Below, in pieces: positions 16,516-25,317 of a stretch of DNA of 64,000 bases (positions are counted from its first letter, which is position 1; each line of letters begins with the position of its first letter). Position numbers and translations under genes: made by a program. Below the pieces are notes generated by a model, which saw only the letters and a program-made list of their open reading frames with translations, did not search any database and was not told the DNA's origin. Source of the stretch: Escherichia phage nepoznato. The DNA is taken from the sequence record NC_052658.1; one strand, written 5' to 3'.

Positions 16516-16920
16516 ATGAAACAACTTATCATTTTACGTGGCGTTTCAGGTGCTGGTAAATCTACAGTAGCAGAAATTATTTCTGAAGGTTATTGGCCTA
16601 TCTGTGAGGCAGATCAATATCATTACACAGAGAGTGGTGTTTACGATTGGAAGCCAGAAAATGTAGGTAAAGCACACGCATGGTGTCAGGGTATTGTTCG
16701 TGATGCTATGGCATCTAATCTTAACAAGATTATTGTTTCTAATACTTCAACCACAGAGAAAGAACTTAAACCTTATCTAGCTCTTGCTGAAGAGTTTGGT
16801 TATCAAGTTATCTCTTTAATTGTTGAAAATAGGCACGGTAATGATTCAATTCACGAGGTTCCACAATATATCCGTGATCAGCAAGAGAAACGTCTTCGTG
16901 GTTCACTTAAACTTCAATAA
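16516..16920 (+). CDS. polynucleotide 5'-kinase (T4 Pnk kinase-domain-like)
   Basis: 134 aa; P-loop LRGVSGAGKSTVA matches T4 Pnk TIGCPGSGKSTWA; VSNTSTT matches ISDTNLN; no HAD phosphatase domain attached. Confidence 0.6.
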   Translation: MKQLIILRGVSGAGKSTVAEIISEGYWPICEADQYHYTESGVYDWKPENVGKAHAWCQGIVRDAMASNLNKIIVSNTSTTEKELKPYLALAEEFGYQVISLIVENRHGNDSIHEVPQYIRDQQEKRLRGSLKLQ

Positions 16921-16929
16921 GGAGAAATA

Positions 16930-17256
16930 ATGCAGATTTATACAGATGATCGTAAATATGAGACAATTTTAGATGAAGATACTGGACGAATTACCGTTCT
17001 CCGTCACGGTGAAGAGTGGCGTGATGAAACGGGAGACAATTATATCTTGTCTCTGATTCATCTTATTGAACAAATGCGTGATGATTACGCTGAACTGCAT
17101 TATGAAAATGAGGCTAATAAAGTAAAATTTGAAAATGAATTAGAAGAGAAAGAATCTGAAATGGTATATCTAAAAGAAGAGATCTCCCGTTTGGAGGAAG
17201 AGATTGATGCTCTTCAAGAAGAGATTTACGAACTCAACAACGAACTGAACGCTTAA
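16930..17256 (+). CDS. hypothetical coiled-coil protein
   Basis: 108 aa; C-terminal heptad-like Glu/Leu-rich segment. Confidence 0.4.
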   Translation: MQIYTDDRKYETILDEDTGRITVLRHGEEWRDETGDNYILSLIHLIEQMRDDYAELHYENEANKVKFENELEEKESEMVYLKEEISRLEEEIDALQEEIYELNNELNA

Positions 17257-17265
17257 GGAGGGATT

Positions 17266-17457
17266 ATGAAAAAAGATATCGTTGTTGTTGGTTGGCTGAC
17301 TTGCCCTTGTGGTAGTAATGACATAACTGTAAACACAGAGGGTGATAAAAATTATTTATTCTACGGGGATAAAATCACTTGCAATACCTGCGGACGTGTT
17401 GGTATTATAGAAACCGATGATTGTTGTGCTTTTGAATCTTGGGATGAAGAAGAATGA
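17266..17457 (+). CDS. hypothetical zinc-ribbon protein
   Basis: 63 aa with CPCGS...CNTCGR. Confidence 0.35.
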   Translation: MKKDIVVVGWLTCPCGSNDITVNTEGDKNYLFYGDKITCNTCGRVGIIETDDCCAFESWDEEE

Positions 17458-17675
17458 GTACTGCATTTTATGTTCGTAGCGGAGACGAGGATTTTCTAGC
17501 TACTTTTGATGACGGTGATCTTGAAGATATGTATGAAGATATGCTTGACTATGCCAAAGGGCAAGGTTTCACAAGCATTGATTATATGTTGGCAACATCT
17601 ACAACGTTACTCGACGCAGATTTGGATGAAGTGTGTAACAGATTGAAAATTTCAGTTTTTAAATGGGAGGACTAA
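17454..17675 (+). CDS. hypothetical acidic protein
   Basis: 73 aa ORF. Confidence 0.35.
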   Translation: MSTAFYVRSGDEDFLATFDDGDLEDMYEDMLDYAKGQGFTSIDYMLATSTTLLDADLDEVCNRLKISVFKWED

Positions 17676-18790
17676 TGCAACAAACAAATCAAACGCTGTA
17701 TGGTAAAGATTCAAAAGGAAAACTTAAACAGTGGACAGTGTATACAGATGGTGCAGTTGTTACTGTAGCTCATGGAAGAGTAGGTGGAAAGATCACAGAA
17801 AAATCTTATACAGCAGAAGCAAAAAACATTGGTCGTTCCAATGAAACAACACCGGAAGAACAAGCTGAACTTGAAGCTTTTGCCAAATGGACAAAACAGT
17901 TAAAGAATGGCTATTATAAAACAAAAGAAGAAGCTGAAAACCATGTTCCTTCCACACCAATGAAATGCCAGGATTATAAAGATTATCCTGAAAGGGTTGT
18001 GTTCCCTGGTTATGCACAATACAAACTGAACGGGTTACGTTCTATGATTAACATGAAAGGGGAGTGTTTATCAAAAGCTGGGGAAGTGTATAACCTGCCA
18101 CCTCATTGGAAAGGTATTCCAAACTTTATTAGTGAAGTTGTTGGTCATCCTCTTGATGGTGAAGTGTTTGCTGGGTTAGGTGTCCTTAGTCTGCAACAAA
18201 TTAACAGTGCTTGGAAGAAGCATAATGCAAATACACCTTTGCTGAATTATTACGTATACGATATTCCAGTTCCAGGTCTACCGTTTGAAAAACGTGTTGA
18301 TGCTCTTGCTGCTCTTAAGGCAGTAGTTGAAGATTATGGTCTTGACGAGCTTATTTGTGTAGTTCATACAGAGTATATTGAAAACCAAGAGCAGTTTGAC
18401 GCTTTCTATGAAAAAGCTTTACTTGAGAAAGCTGAAGGTGTAGTATATCGTAATGCTCACGGAGTTTACGAATTTGATAAACGTTCTTATGACGTTATTA
18501 AACGTAAGCCTCGCCACACCCTTGAAGTTAAAGTAACAAATTCAAAAAGCGATAAAAATGGCGATGGAGTGTTGACAGGTGAGATGGAAAATGGTAAAGT
18601 AGTCGAATTCTTAATGCGTAAAGATGCTCATGAGACTATCAATTATCGTAAAGCAGAGAATGCTTCTACCTTGATTAATCAGTTCGTTGAAATAGAGTAT
18701 GAAGAATTTTCAGATGAAGGTATTCCAACAAAACCTGTTGGTGTTCGTATTCGAGAAATGATTCCAGGCACTTGGGAACCAGCAGAGTAA
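17663..18790 (+). CDS. ATP-dependent polynucleotide ligase (DNA ligase-like, KxNGxR motif I)
   Basis: 375 aa; motif I YKLNGLR (KxDGxR with Asn in place of Asp); EGVVYRNAHG resembles motif IV; downstream KRKP resembles motif V. Confidence 0.5.
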   Translation: MGGLMQQTNQTLYGKDSKGKLKQWTVYTDGAVVTVAHGRVGGKITEKSYTAEAKNIGRSNETTPEEQAELEAFAKWTKQLKNGYYKTKEEAENHVPSTPMKCQDYKDYPERVVFPGYAQYKLNGLRSMINMKGECLSKAGEVYNLPPHWKGIPNFISEVVGHPLDGEVFAGLGVLSLQQINSAWKKHNANTPLLNYYVYDIPVPGLPFEKRVDALAALKAVVEDYGLDELICVVHTEYIENQEQFDAFYEKALLEKAEGVVYRNAHGVYEFDKRSYDVIKRKPRHTLEVKVTNSKSDKNGDGVLTGEMENGKVVEFLMRKDAHETINYRKAENASTLINQFVEIEYEEFSDEGIPTKPVGVRIREMIPGTWEPAE

Positions 18791-18799
18791 GGAGGAAAA

Positions 18800-18994
18800 A
18801 TGTTCTTAGCCATTTTAATCGTTTTCAGTGTACTTTCTTTTTATTGTATGAATGCTTCGGAAAACTTTCCTAAGAATTCAAAGAAAAGAACCGTATGTGT
18901 TGTGATTGATTCATGTATGTCTGGAGTTGGGTATGCGGTAGTTTCTTGTTTCTTAGCTTATCATTGTTCAAAATACCTGGAGGCATTTTTATGA
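18800..18994 (+). CDS. hypothetical membrane protein
   Basis: 64 aa hydrophobic ORF. Confidence 0.3.
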   Translation: MFLAILIVFSVLSFYCMNASENFPKNSKKRTVCVVIDSCMSGVGYAVVSCFLAYHCSKYLEAFL

Positions 18995-19173
18995 TAATTT
19001 TAGCAACAATTCTTATGATGCTGATAGCAATTGCTATTGTAATACTGGCATCTTTTCCAGCGGATAAATGGTATTTCAATATTCCACGTATGCTTGTTTT
19101 CGGTTTTGCAGGAATTTACATGGGTGAGTCTGTAGTAAATATTAGCAACTTTCTAGAAAGCTATTTTAAATAA
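18991..19173 (+). CDS. hypothetical membrane protein
   Basis: Track ORF 18913-19173 trimmed to the ATG at 18991 after RBS GGAGG; two predicted transmembrane segments. Confidence 0.3.
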   Translation: MIILATILMMLIAIAIVILASFPADKWYFNIPRMLVFGFAGIYMGESVVNISNFLESYFK

Positions 19174-19182
19174 GGAGTTATA

Positions 19183-19908
19183 ATGATCGAGAATTTTTTT
19201 AAAGATATTAAATTCGATACTGAATTTTTCAAAAATGCAGCGAAGCACGTGATTGATTGGAATGCTAAAGCACGAGGTGGTGAACAACCTGAATTCACTC
19301 AAGAGCTATTTATGTCCCAAATCGGATTCGTTCGTGAAGAGCTTAAAGAGTATGAAACAGCCGCGAAAGTAAACGATCATGTAGAACTCTTGGATGCAGC
19401 AGCGGATATTTTTGTAGTATCCAGTTATCTGACCTACATGTTCTTTGGTGAAGAACATACGATGAATTTCTTGGACTATGCTGTAGGCGATGTTTTTACT
19501 CCAACTGTGTATACTGATTTTGATGCTTTGGAACAAACATTTACAGAGCCAGTTCAAATGGCACTAATGGCTGCTGGTATTATGCGTATGTCTCGTGACA
19601 CTCTAATCCGTTCAAAATATCCAGAAAAGAAAATTATTAAAGAAGTATTGAAAAGTAACGATTCCAAGTATCCAACTAAACAACAGTTGCTGAAAACTTG
19701 GAAAACTTCAGATATCGATTCAGCCATTGCACAAGAATGCACTGCAATTGAAGAACGAAACGCCAATCGTCCAGAAGGAGCATACACGGGTGTTCATGCT
19801 GTTTATAATGAAAAACAGAAAGTGTATGTGTTCTTTGATGATAAAGGTAAGATCATGAAGTGGTCAGGTTTCATTAAACCTAACATTGCAGCCATTATTA
19901 ACAAGTAA
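19183..19908 (+). CDS. MazG-like nucleotide pyrophosphohydrolase (putative)
   Basis: 241 aa; helical EExxE...ELLDAAADI pattern typical of all-alpha NTP pyrophosphatases. Confidence 0.4.
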   Translation: MIENFFKDIKFDTEFFKNAAKHVIDWNAKARGGEQPEFTQELFMSQIGFVREELKEYETAAKVNDHVELLDAAADIFVVSSYLTYMFFGEEHTMNFLDYAVGDVFTPTVYTDFDALEQTFTEPVQMALMAAGIMRMSRDTLIRSKYPEKKIIKEVLKSNDSKYPTKQQLLKTWKTSDIDSAIAQECTAIEERNANRPEGAYTGVHAVYNEKQKVYVFFDDKGKIMKWSGFIKPNIAAIINK

Positions 19909-19964
19909 TGTTGTAAGCCGCCCTTTACGGGCGGTAATGTGAGATGTATTAAATAGGAGGAAAC

Positions 19965-20843
19965 ATGTTTGTAAAATCTTTTAAATCCGCTCTGCCTATG
20001 GTTGTTGGTGACAATGCTTCTGTAGCATCCCTTAACAGCATTACAGATATTCCTCTGGAATTTGTAACAGCAGAAGGCTCCCAGTCACACACTATCGGTC
20101 TTGTTCGTTTCGAAGATGACTCTAAATTTGTAAAAGAGTTTTCAGATCTTGAACTGCTTAATGTAGGTCAATCTGTGAAGAAGGTAGATAAAAAGAAAGT
20201 TAAACGTATTCTGAATGAACGTCTAGAAGAAATGCGTCAGGACATGGAGAGCGAAGGTAAAGAGTTTTATGTCGATAAAGAAGTAGTCAAAGCAATGAAA
20301 GAAGATATTGAATTTGCACTATTGCCTGAAACAGAACCTGAAGATTTCTTTAACTATGTTGTCTTGGATAAAACTACGAATCTTCTTTATGTTCTTAATG
20401 GAAGTAAGAAGGTTGCAGAAGAGATTACTTCTTTCCTCCGTTCCGTCCTGGGGACTTTCCCTTCGGTAGGTTTTAGTGTGCACGAAGAAGCTATTGTAAA
20501 AGGTTTTGGTGAATTGCTGGAGAATCACGAAGCAGATCGTATTACTCTCGGAAATTATATCAAAATGGAGGATAGCGAGGGCGTTGTTGTTTGGAGTAAA
20601 GAATCTCTATACGAGTCTAAAGCTGTCGAACTAAAAGAAGATGGTAAAGATGTTGTTGCAATCGGTCTTGAATATGACGGTGTTGTAGATTTTGTAGTGG
20701 ATAAAGAGTTTAAACTTTCTAAACTACGTTTTCCGAAATATTTTGCAGACGAAGAAGGTAGTATTGAAGCTTCAGTCCTTCTGTGCTTCAATGAGATTCG
20801 AGGTCTGATGGAAGATTTAACCAAAGCAACAATCCTTAAATAA
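19965..20843 (+). CDS. RdgC-like recombination-associated protein (putative)
   Basis: 292 aa; ...KEDIEFALLPETEPEDFFNYVVLDKTTNLLYV... resembles E. coli RdgC ...[31 protein letters not shown].... Confidence 0.4.
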   Translation: MFVKSFKSALPMVVGDNASVASLNSITDIPLEFVTAEGSQSHTIGLVRFEDDSKFVKEFSDLELLNVGQSVKKVDKKKVKRILNERLEEMRQDMESEGKEFYVDKEVVKAMKEDIEFALLPETEPEDFFNYVVLDKTTNLLYVLNGSKKVAEEITSFLRSVLGTFPSVGFSVHEEAIVKGFGELLENHEADRITLGNYIKMEDSEGVVVWSKESLYESKAVELKEDGKDVVAIGLEYDGVVDFVVDKEFKLSKLRFPKYFADEEGSIEASVLLCFNEIRGLMEDLTKATILK

Positions 20844-20847
20844 GTTC

Positions 20848-20876
20848 TTGACTTGCGGGATTAGTTATGATATTAT
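20848..20876 (+). promoter_or_regulatory. sigma70-like promoter (TTGACT, 17 bp, TATTAT)
   Basis: cTTGACTtgcgggattagttatgaTATTAT; overlaps the upstream flank of terminator 20877-20905. Confidence 0.45.
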
Positions 20877-20905
20877 GCCTACCTACTTAATGAGGTAGGC
20901 TTTTT
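20877..20905 (+). terminator. intrinsic terminator
   Basis: Hairpin GCCTACCT-acttaatg-AGGTAGGC followed by TTTTT. Confidence 0.6.
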
Positions 20906-20915
20906 AGGAGGCGTT

Positions 20916-21125
20916 ATGAAAAAGATTCTGACAGTCGTTCTTTTAGCTTTTAGTTTCACAGTAGCAGCAGGTCAAATTACTTTAATCTTGTCTGATTCTG
21001 AAGTTAATGGCAACACAAAATATTGCTACTATTCTAACGCTAACCAAGATGAAGTTATAGCAATCCCGAAAAGTCGTCAATGTCCGTATACTAAAACATT
21101 CTCAACAGAGGATGACGATGAATAA
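20916..21125 (+). CDS. small secreted protein (signal peptide)
   Basis: 69 aa; N-terminal MKKILTVVLLAFSFTVAAG signal-like segment; RBS AGGAGG; ends with TAA at 21123-21125 in the same frame as the RNase H-like gene. Confidence 0.4.
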   Translation: MKKILTVVLLAFSFTVAAGQITLILSDSEVNGNTKYCYYSNANQDEVIAIPKSRQCPYTKTFSTEDDDE

Positions 21126-21137
21126 TTAGGGGGAAAT

Positions 21138-22256
21138 ATTAGCGGTTATATTTTAATTAAACCTGAAGATCTTCATTTATATGTCAACGAAGAAACAATA
21201 GCTGCAATTGATTATGATCAGATCGCTTTCCAAGCAGCGTCTGCATTAGAGAAAAGAACAATCATTGCGAAGCACATCCCTTCAGGTGCTCAAAAGGAAT
21301 TTAAAAATAAGACAGAGTTTTGGGGTAAAAGCAAGACTAAAATTGGAGGTTGGCTAGGAGATACAAATGCAGAAAGAGCCTCCAAAAACAAACGTCCCTT
21401 CACAAAGGAAGAGTTCGAAATCATTGATAAGCAATATCCGCCAGAAGATATCGGACACACCTTCCAAGCAGCTAAAACAAAAGTCTTAGGTATTCTAAAA
21501 CATCTACGTTTAGAAAAATATTGCGGAGTTATTGGCGTAGGAAAAACTTTCAGACACGCCTTCAAAATGCCTGTAGAATATAAATCTGAACGATTAGATA
21601 TCAAACCACTCCAGCTTTCAGAAACCAAAGATTATCTTGTGGAGTTCCACAATGGTGATGTTGTTACTGTAATAGAAGCTGATGATGAGTTAGAGAAGTA
21701 TGGTTTCCAAGGTTATAAAGATTATAAAAGAACGGGTAAATTTTCTTATATCGTAGTGTCTATAGATAAAGATAGTTTACATACTCCTAGTATTCTTTTT
21801 AATTTCTATAAAGAAGATGGAGTCTTTAAAAACCCAGATATAATTCTTATTGATGAATCTATTGGCGACATATGGATCGTAGATAAAGGTAAAAAGAAAG
21901 AAGTTAAAGGTTGGGGCAGTTACTGGTTAGCATATCAGATGCTAATGGGAGATAAAACAGATAGTATCCGACCTTATCAAGATTTTGATATTAAGTTTGG
22001 AGATATTACTTGTTTTAATCTTCTTTCAGCTTGTAAAACTCAAGCAGAGCTTTTCCAAACAGTTAAAGATACTTACTACTCATGGTTCCCAGATGGTGTT
22101 AATTTTACTTCTTGGGATGGAGAAGAAGTCCATATGACAACAGATGAATGGATAGAAACAATTTTCCAGTTGGTATACATGAAACGCTGGGATAATGACG
22201 ATACAACATTTGAGAGTATGCTTCAGTCATACATCTCGCAACAGGAGGAAGAGTGA
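21138..22256 (+). CDS. RNase H / flap endonuclease (T4 RNase H-like 5'-3' exonuclease); start codon not canonical
   Basis: The frame of track ORF 21567-22256 is open back to 21126. N-terminal IAAIDYDQIAF matches T4 RNase H ICLIDFSQIAL; also TFRHAFKMPVEYKSER, EADD, SIDKD and LMGDKTDSI. No in-frame ATG, GTG or TTG before 21567. Confidence 0.55.
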   Translation: MSGYILIKPEDLHLYVNEETIAAIDYDQIAFQAASALEKRTIIAKHIPSGAQKEFKNKTEFWGKSKTKIGGWLGDTNAERASKNKRPFTKEEFEIIDKQYPPEDIGHTFQAAKTKVLGILKHLRLEKYCGVIGVGKTFRHAFKMPVEYKSERLDIKPLQLSETKDYLVEFHNGDVVTVIEADDELEKYGFQGYKDYKRTGKFSYIVVSIDKDSLHTPSILFNFYKEDGVFKNPDIILIDESIGDIWIVDKGKKKEVKGWGSYWLAYQMLMGDKTDSIRPYQDFDIKFGDITCFNLLSACKTQAELFQTVKDTYYSWFPDGVNFTSWDGEEVHMTTDEWIETIFQLVYMKRWDNDDTTFESMLQSYISQQEEE

Positions 22257-23212
22257 GCAGATTAACAGAAGAGCAGAAAGCAGATATCCTTAGTATGAGT
22301 GCAGAGGGTATGTCTTCTCGCAATATTGCAGCAATTGTTTTAGGTAGTCCAACAAGAAAAAGCACAGTGAACGATTTCCTTGCACGATTCGGAGCAAGTA
22401 AACAAGAGCCAGTTAAAAAGAAACAACCAGTTATTAAAATTATTGATGTTGAAACTGCACCAGAGATTGCATATACTTTCCGTCGATTCAAAGCCTTCAT
22501 TTCTCCAGATCAAGTAATTCGTAGGGGTTATTTGTTATCTTACTCTTCTGCTGACCTGTATACTGGTGAAGTGGAAGGTAAGAACTTGTCTTCTTATCCT
22601 CTTTTTGATATTGATCATACAGATGATTGGGAGCTTTGCCAAGATCTTTGGAACCTTCTAAATGAGGCAGATGTAGTTGTGGCACACAACGGATACAAGT
22701 TTGACCGTGCATATATTAACCAACGATTTGCATATCATGATATGGCTCCTCCTTCTAACTATGTAGTTGTTGATACATTGAAGGCAGCTAAGAAACAATT
22801 TGCACTTCCTTCCAACTCCCTTAAAGAAATGGGAGCATATTTCGAAACAGAAAGTGAAAAACTGGATAACGAGGGGTTCCCTTTATGGAAAGCATGTTGT
22901 GAAGGTGATCGTGATGCTTTTGAACGTATGCAGATTTACAATGACGGTGATGTTGTTTCACTCCGCGATTTGTATATGAAAATCCTTCCGTGGATTCCAC
23001 AACATCCTAACTTATCCGCTTATTATCCAGATGAGAAGGTCCGTTGTTCTCGTTGTGGCAGTGATCACGTTCACGTTGTTACTGGTAAGCAATACCACAC
23101 TGCGGTAAGTTCTTTCGATATCATTCGTTGTGAATCTTGCGGAGGTTTGTCACGTAGTAGAGCAAACACCAGATCCAAGGATAAACGAGCAGCAACTATC
23201 ATCGGAATCTAA
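22253..23212 (+). CDS. DnaQ-like 3'-5' exonuclease (DEDD family) with C-terminal zinc ribbon
   Basis: 319 aa; Exo I IIDVETAPE, Exo II VVAHNGYKFD, Exo III YNDGD; C-terminal CSRCGS...CESCGG. Confidence 0.55.
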   Translation: MSRLTEEQKADILSMSAEGMSSRNIAAIVLGSPTRKSTVNDFLARFGASKQEPVKKKQPVIKIIDVETAPEIAYTFRRFKAFISPDQVIRRGYLLSYSSADLYTGEVEGKNLSSYPLFDIDHTDDWELCQDLWNLLNEADVVVAHNGYKFDRAYINQRFAYHDMAPPSNYVVVDTLKAAKKQFALPSNSLKEMGAYFETESEKLDNEGFPLWKACCEGDRDAFERMQIYNDGDVVSLRDLYMKILPWIPQHPNLSAYYPDEKVRCSRCGSDHVHVVTGKQYHTAVSSFDIIRCESCGGLSRSRANTRSKDKRAATIIGI

Positions 23213-23218
23213 TAATAA

Positions 23219-23241
23219 GGGAGCTTCTTGCTCCCTTTTTT
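23219..23241 (+). terminator. intrinsic terminator
   Basis: Hairpin GGGAGC-ttctt-GCTCCC followed by TTTTTT. Confidence 0.65.
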
Positions 23242-23242
23242 A

Positions 23243-23271
23243 TTGACAAAAATTTGATATTAGTGTATACT
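23243..23271 (+). promoter_or_regulatory. sigma70-like promoter (TTGACA, 17 bp, TATACT)
   Basis: tTATTGACAaaaatttgatattagtgTATACT, followed by RBS AGGAGG and the ATG at 23299. Confidence 0.55.
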
Positions 23272-23298
23272 CTGCTAACCACAATAAAAGGAGGAAAT

Positions 23299-23526
23299 AT
23301 GAGCATTACATTAACAGGTAACGAAATTTTCGAACTGTTTGAAATGTTAGGTTTGAACTATACCATCGAGAAAGACCCAGATTTACTTGACGTTGAAATA
23401 ACAATTCAAGAAGATACAGCAATCTACAATAACGATGGTGATGTTATCTATCAAGGTAGGGTAGCTTATTATACAGACTACCCAGAAGAAGGCGCAGTAG
23501 GAATTCAGGAGGAAAATTATGTCTAA
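23299..23526 (+). CDS. hypothetical protein
   Basis: Track ORF 23254-23526 trimmed to the ATG at 23299, which follows an RBS and lies downstream of the promoter. Confidence 0.4.
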   Translation: MSITLTGNEIFELFEMLGLNYTIEKDPDLLDVEITIQEDTAIYNNDGDVIYQGRVAYYTDYPEEGAVGIQEENYV

Positions 23527-23914
23527 TGCTTTTGATAATCAGGTTGACGGTGATCACTACACAAAAATGGCAATGCAACCTATCGAATTAGCTTATTTGG
23601 TTGGTGGCACACCTTGTTTTTGCAAATTGGCAAAATACGCAACACGTATTAAAGGTGAGCGTCAGATTAACCTGGATAAAGCTATCCATTGTATTGAACT
23701 GGAAAGAACGCTCATGGAAAATAACACGTATATGGTTCGTGAAAATTATCCGTCTATGACTAGTGCAGCTAAACATGATCAAGCTATGCTTCTTATCGAT
23801 TTCTTCACAAAAGATCCTTTAATCCGAGTAGCACTGAAACACATGTATAACTCTTCTTATGTAGATGCAATCGAAGCTATTAAACAACTTAAGGAACGTA
23901 TTAGTGGCGAGTAA
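23519..23914 (+). CDS. hypothetical protein
   Basis: 131 aa ORF. Confidence 0.4.
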   Translation: MSNAFDNQVDGDHYTKMAMQPIELAYLVGGTPCFCKLAKYATRIKGERQINLDKAIHCIELERTLMENNTYMVRENYPSMTSAAKHDQAMLLIDFFTKDPLIRVALKHMYNSSYVDAIEAIKQLKERISGE

Positions 23915-24087
23915 TACTAAACAATATGGAGCAGGAGAAGTTTATAAAATATTCAACCGCAAAGGTGATAAACTTTTACTAACTTTGACTATTCCAGAAA
24001 CAATGTGCAAGGCGGGGTTAGACCGCCTTTTGTTTTTTAAACATAATATCCCACCAGGGGAATATACAGCTAAAAAGGTGAGCAATA

Positions 24088-24663
24088 TTGGCAGGTGAAC
24101 CAAAAATAATGTGGGGTGAAGGAACACCCTGGAAAACACAAGCTGAATTTTATACTTATCTTAGGGGATGTTTTAGAAAAGCATGGATGAGACACCCTAA
24201 TAAAATTAAGGTTATCAATGCAAGGCGTTTTAAAGTTGATCGTGTAGATAAAGACGGCAATGTAATGATAGACAAGAAAACTGGAAAACCAAAACAAGTT
24301 TGGAATTGTGAGTGTGAAATATGTGGACATAAAGGAGGAATGAAAGACTTCCAAGTGGATCATATTCACGCAGCAAAACAACTTCAATGTTTTGATGATA
24401 TTCCTCTTTTTGTTTTCCGTTTAATCTATGTGAAAGAAGAAGATTTGCGCATGGTTTGTAAATTGTGCAACTCTATTCTTGCTTATGCAGACAAACAAGG
24501 TATATCTTTTGAAGAAGCGAAAGCTGAAAAAGAAGCGATAGCTTTGTGTAGAGCTAAGAAAGATAAAGCTTGGTTGAAGAAGCGTAAAATAGAACCTGAA
24601 AGCACAGTAGCGAAACGCCGTAAACAAATAGTCAAAATCCTATTGCAGGAAATTGAAAGTTAG
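24088..24663 (+). CDS. endonuclease VII-like Holliday junction resolvase (putative)
   Basis: 191 aa (track start is TTG); CECEICGH...FQVDHIH...MVCKLCN matches T4 gp49 CLICQ...HLDHDH...LLCNLCN. Confidence 0.5.
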   Translation: MAGEPKIMWGEGTPWKTQAEFYTYLRGCFRKAWMRHPNKIKVINARRFKVDRVDKDGNVMIDKKTGKPKQVWNCECEICGHKGGMKDFQVDHIHAAKQLQCFDDIPLFVFRLIYVKEEDLRMVCKLCNSILAYADKQGISFEEAKAEKEAIALCRAKKDKAWLKKRKIEPESTVAKRRKQIVKILLQEIES

Positions 24664-24699
24664 TATAAGATAACTATACTAAAAGAGAGAGGAGGTTTT

Positions 24700-25308
24700 A
24701 TGCAGATCGTATGTGATTGGGATTTAGTTGTGGCTCCATTAGATGTTGCTTGGTTAGAATGGTTGAATAAGATTAGTGGACTTGGTGTTAAGATAGACAC
24801 ATTCACAAAAAATGCAGACTACGATCTTACCAACTACTTCCCTGGTTTCAGGGAGGAGTTCAATATAGATCCTTACGGATTCCTGGATAATCCTCATCTC
24901 TATGATACAATGGGTTTTGTTACAGGTATGCCGGATTTCTTAAAATATGTTTCAAGAAAAGGTAGCAATCTTTTGATCGCAAGTGTTACAAAAGGTGGTC
25001 ACTTAAGTTCTAAACATAAACATGTTTTAAGAACATTAGATACGATTGATTTTAGCAAAGGATCTGGTAACGGCTTTTTTGCTACAAAAGAAAAATATTT
25101 ATTGCCTTGTGATATAGCAATAGATGACAGGGCTGATAACCTACTATATTTTCCAGATGAAGTGGTTAAAATATATTTTAATACACCTTATAAAGATAAC
25201 CATCTAGAAGAACTAAAGAAAAAACCAAATGTTGTGATCACAGGTTTAGAAGATCAGTGGCTAACATGTTTGGATGTTTTTAACACTTTGAACAATTTTA
25301 AAAACTAA
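24700..25308 (+). CDS. HAD-superfamily 5'-deoxyribonucleotidase-like phosphatase
   Basis: 202 aa; N-terminal MQIVCDWDLVV (DxD motif I); RBS GGAGG. Confidence 0.45.
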   Translation: MQIVCDWDLVVAPLDVAWLEWLNKISGLGVKIDTFTKNADYDLTNYFPGFREEFNIDPYGFLDNPHLYDTMGFVTGMPDFLKYVSRKGSNLLIASVTKGGHLSSKHKHVLRTLDTIDFSKGSGNGFFATKEKYLLPCDIAIDDRADNLLYFPDEVVKIYFNTPYKDNHLEELKKKPNVVITGLEDQWLTCLDVFNTLNNFKN

Positions 25309-25317
25309 GGAGAAAAA

